Below, piece after piece: positions 18,850 through 19,371 of a stretch of DNA of 19,371 nt. Source of the DNA: Octopus sinensis. Taxonomy: Eukaryota. Within the stretch, counting starts at the first letter, position 1. Every line of letters begins with the position of its first letter. Position numbers and translations under genes: made by a program. Location of the stretch: positions 1-19,371 of the forward strand of contig NW_021824275.1 in the NCBI RefSeq assembly GCF_006345805.1. The letters are read 5' to 3'. The notes beneath the pieces are model-generated. The model was not told the origin of the DNA. It worked only from the letters and a program-made list of their open reading frames with translations, and made no database searches.

Positions 18850-19315
18850 CCTTATGTGTGTGTGTGTATGTACACATGGAGGTATATCTGCTTGTCAACC
18901 ATGTTCACTTAAGTATGTCTACAAATACATGTGGACATAAAGAAATATGTGAAAATGTATATGTGCGTATATGCATCAATGTATTAGTTTATTTATATGT
19001 GTGTGTGTATGGGTATGCGTGTTTGTGTGTGCGCGTGTGTGTATGTATATATATATATATATATGGATATAGATATGTGTGTGATTGTATTTGTCTATGT
19101 TTGTGTGTTTAGCTTTCATATGTATATATGTGAACCTATGCTTATACACACACACATATATATGCAAATATATATATATACATACATATATACATCAACA
19201 TATATATATATTTATATATATATATATATATACTAATACATACTAATACATACTAATACATACACCCCCCCATACATACGCACGTCCAGACCAATCTTAC
19301 GCACTAATACTCTCT

Positions 19316-19350
<35 letters not shown>

Positions 19351-19371
19351 GTATACATACTAATACATACA
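18850..19371. repeat. Compound (TG)n/(TA)n/(CA)n block with (TACTAATACA)3 at 19231-19260
   Basis: Seen directly. Confidence 0.9.

Overview
This is AT-rich, microsatellite-saturated eukaryotic non-coding DNA, intronic or intergenic. Its SINE and MITE families look, from memory, like those of Octopus (inference, not a database result). No intact host protein-coding gene can be supported, and nearly all ORFs in the track are translated microsatellites. Transposon relics: the 3' end of a CR1/L2-type LINE (583-1275), three different RTE-type LINE 3' ends (3450-3923, 7433-7644, 8437-8690), a complete pogo/Tigger-type MITE (2952-3183), a lone Tigger-like left end (6929), two copies of a mariner-derived MITE (7025, 8877), and about 11 tRNA-derived SINE copies or fragments from about five families. 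The most interesting element is a minus-strand SINE (10096-10383). It has a tRNA-like Pol III head, an (AAT)n spacer, and a tail carrying a decayed minimal type I hammerhead ribozyme of the Penelope type, so it may be a SINE/retrozyme hybrid. A decayed ~800-bp ORF at 18020-18815 (-) may be Penelope-related (weak). Other observations: a SINE triplet with a possible self-targeted insertion, SINE tails resembling LINE tails in the same window, and higher-order periodicities (95 bp and 134 bp) hidden inside microsatellites.
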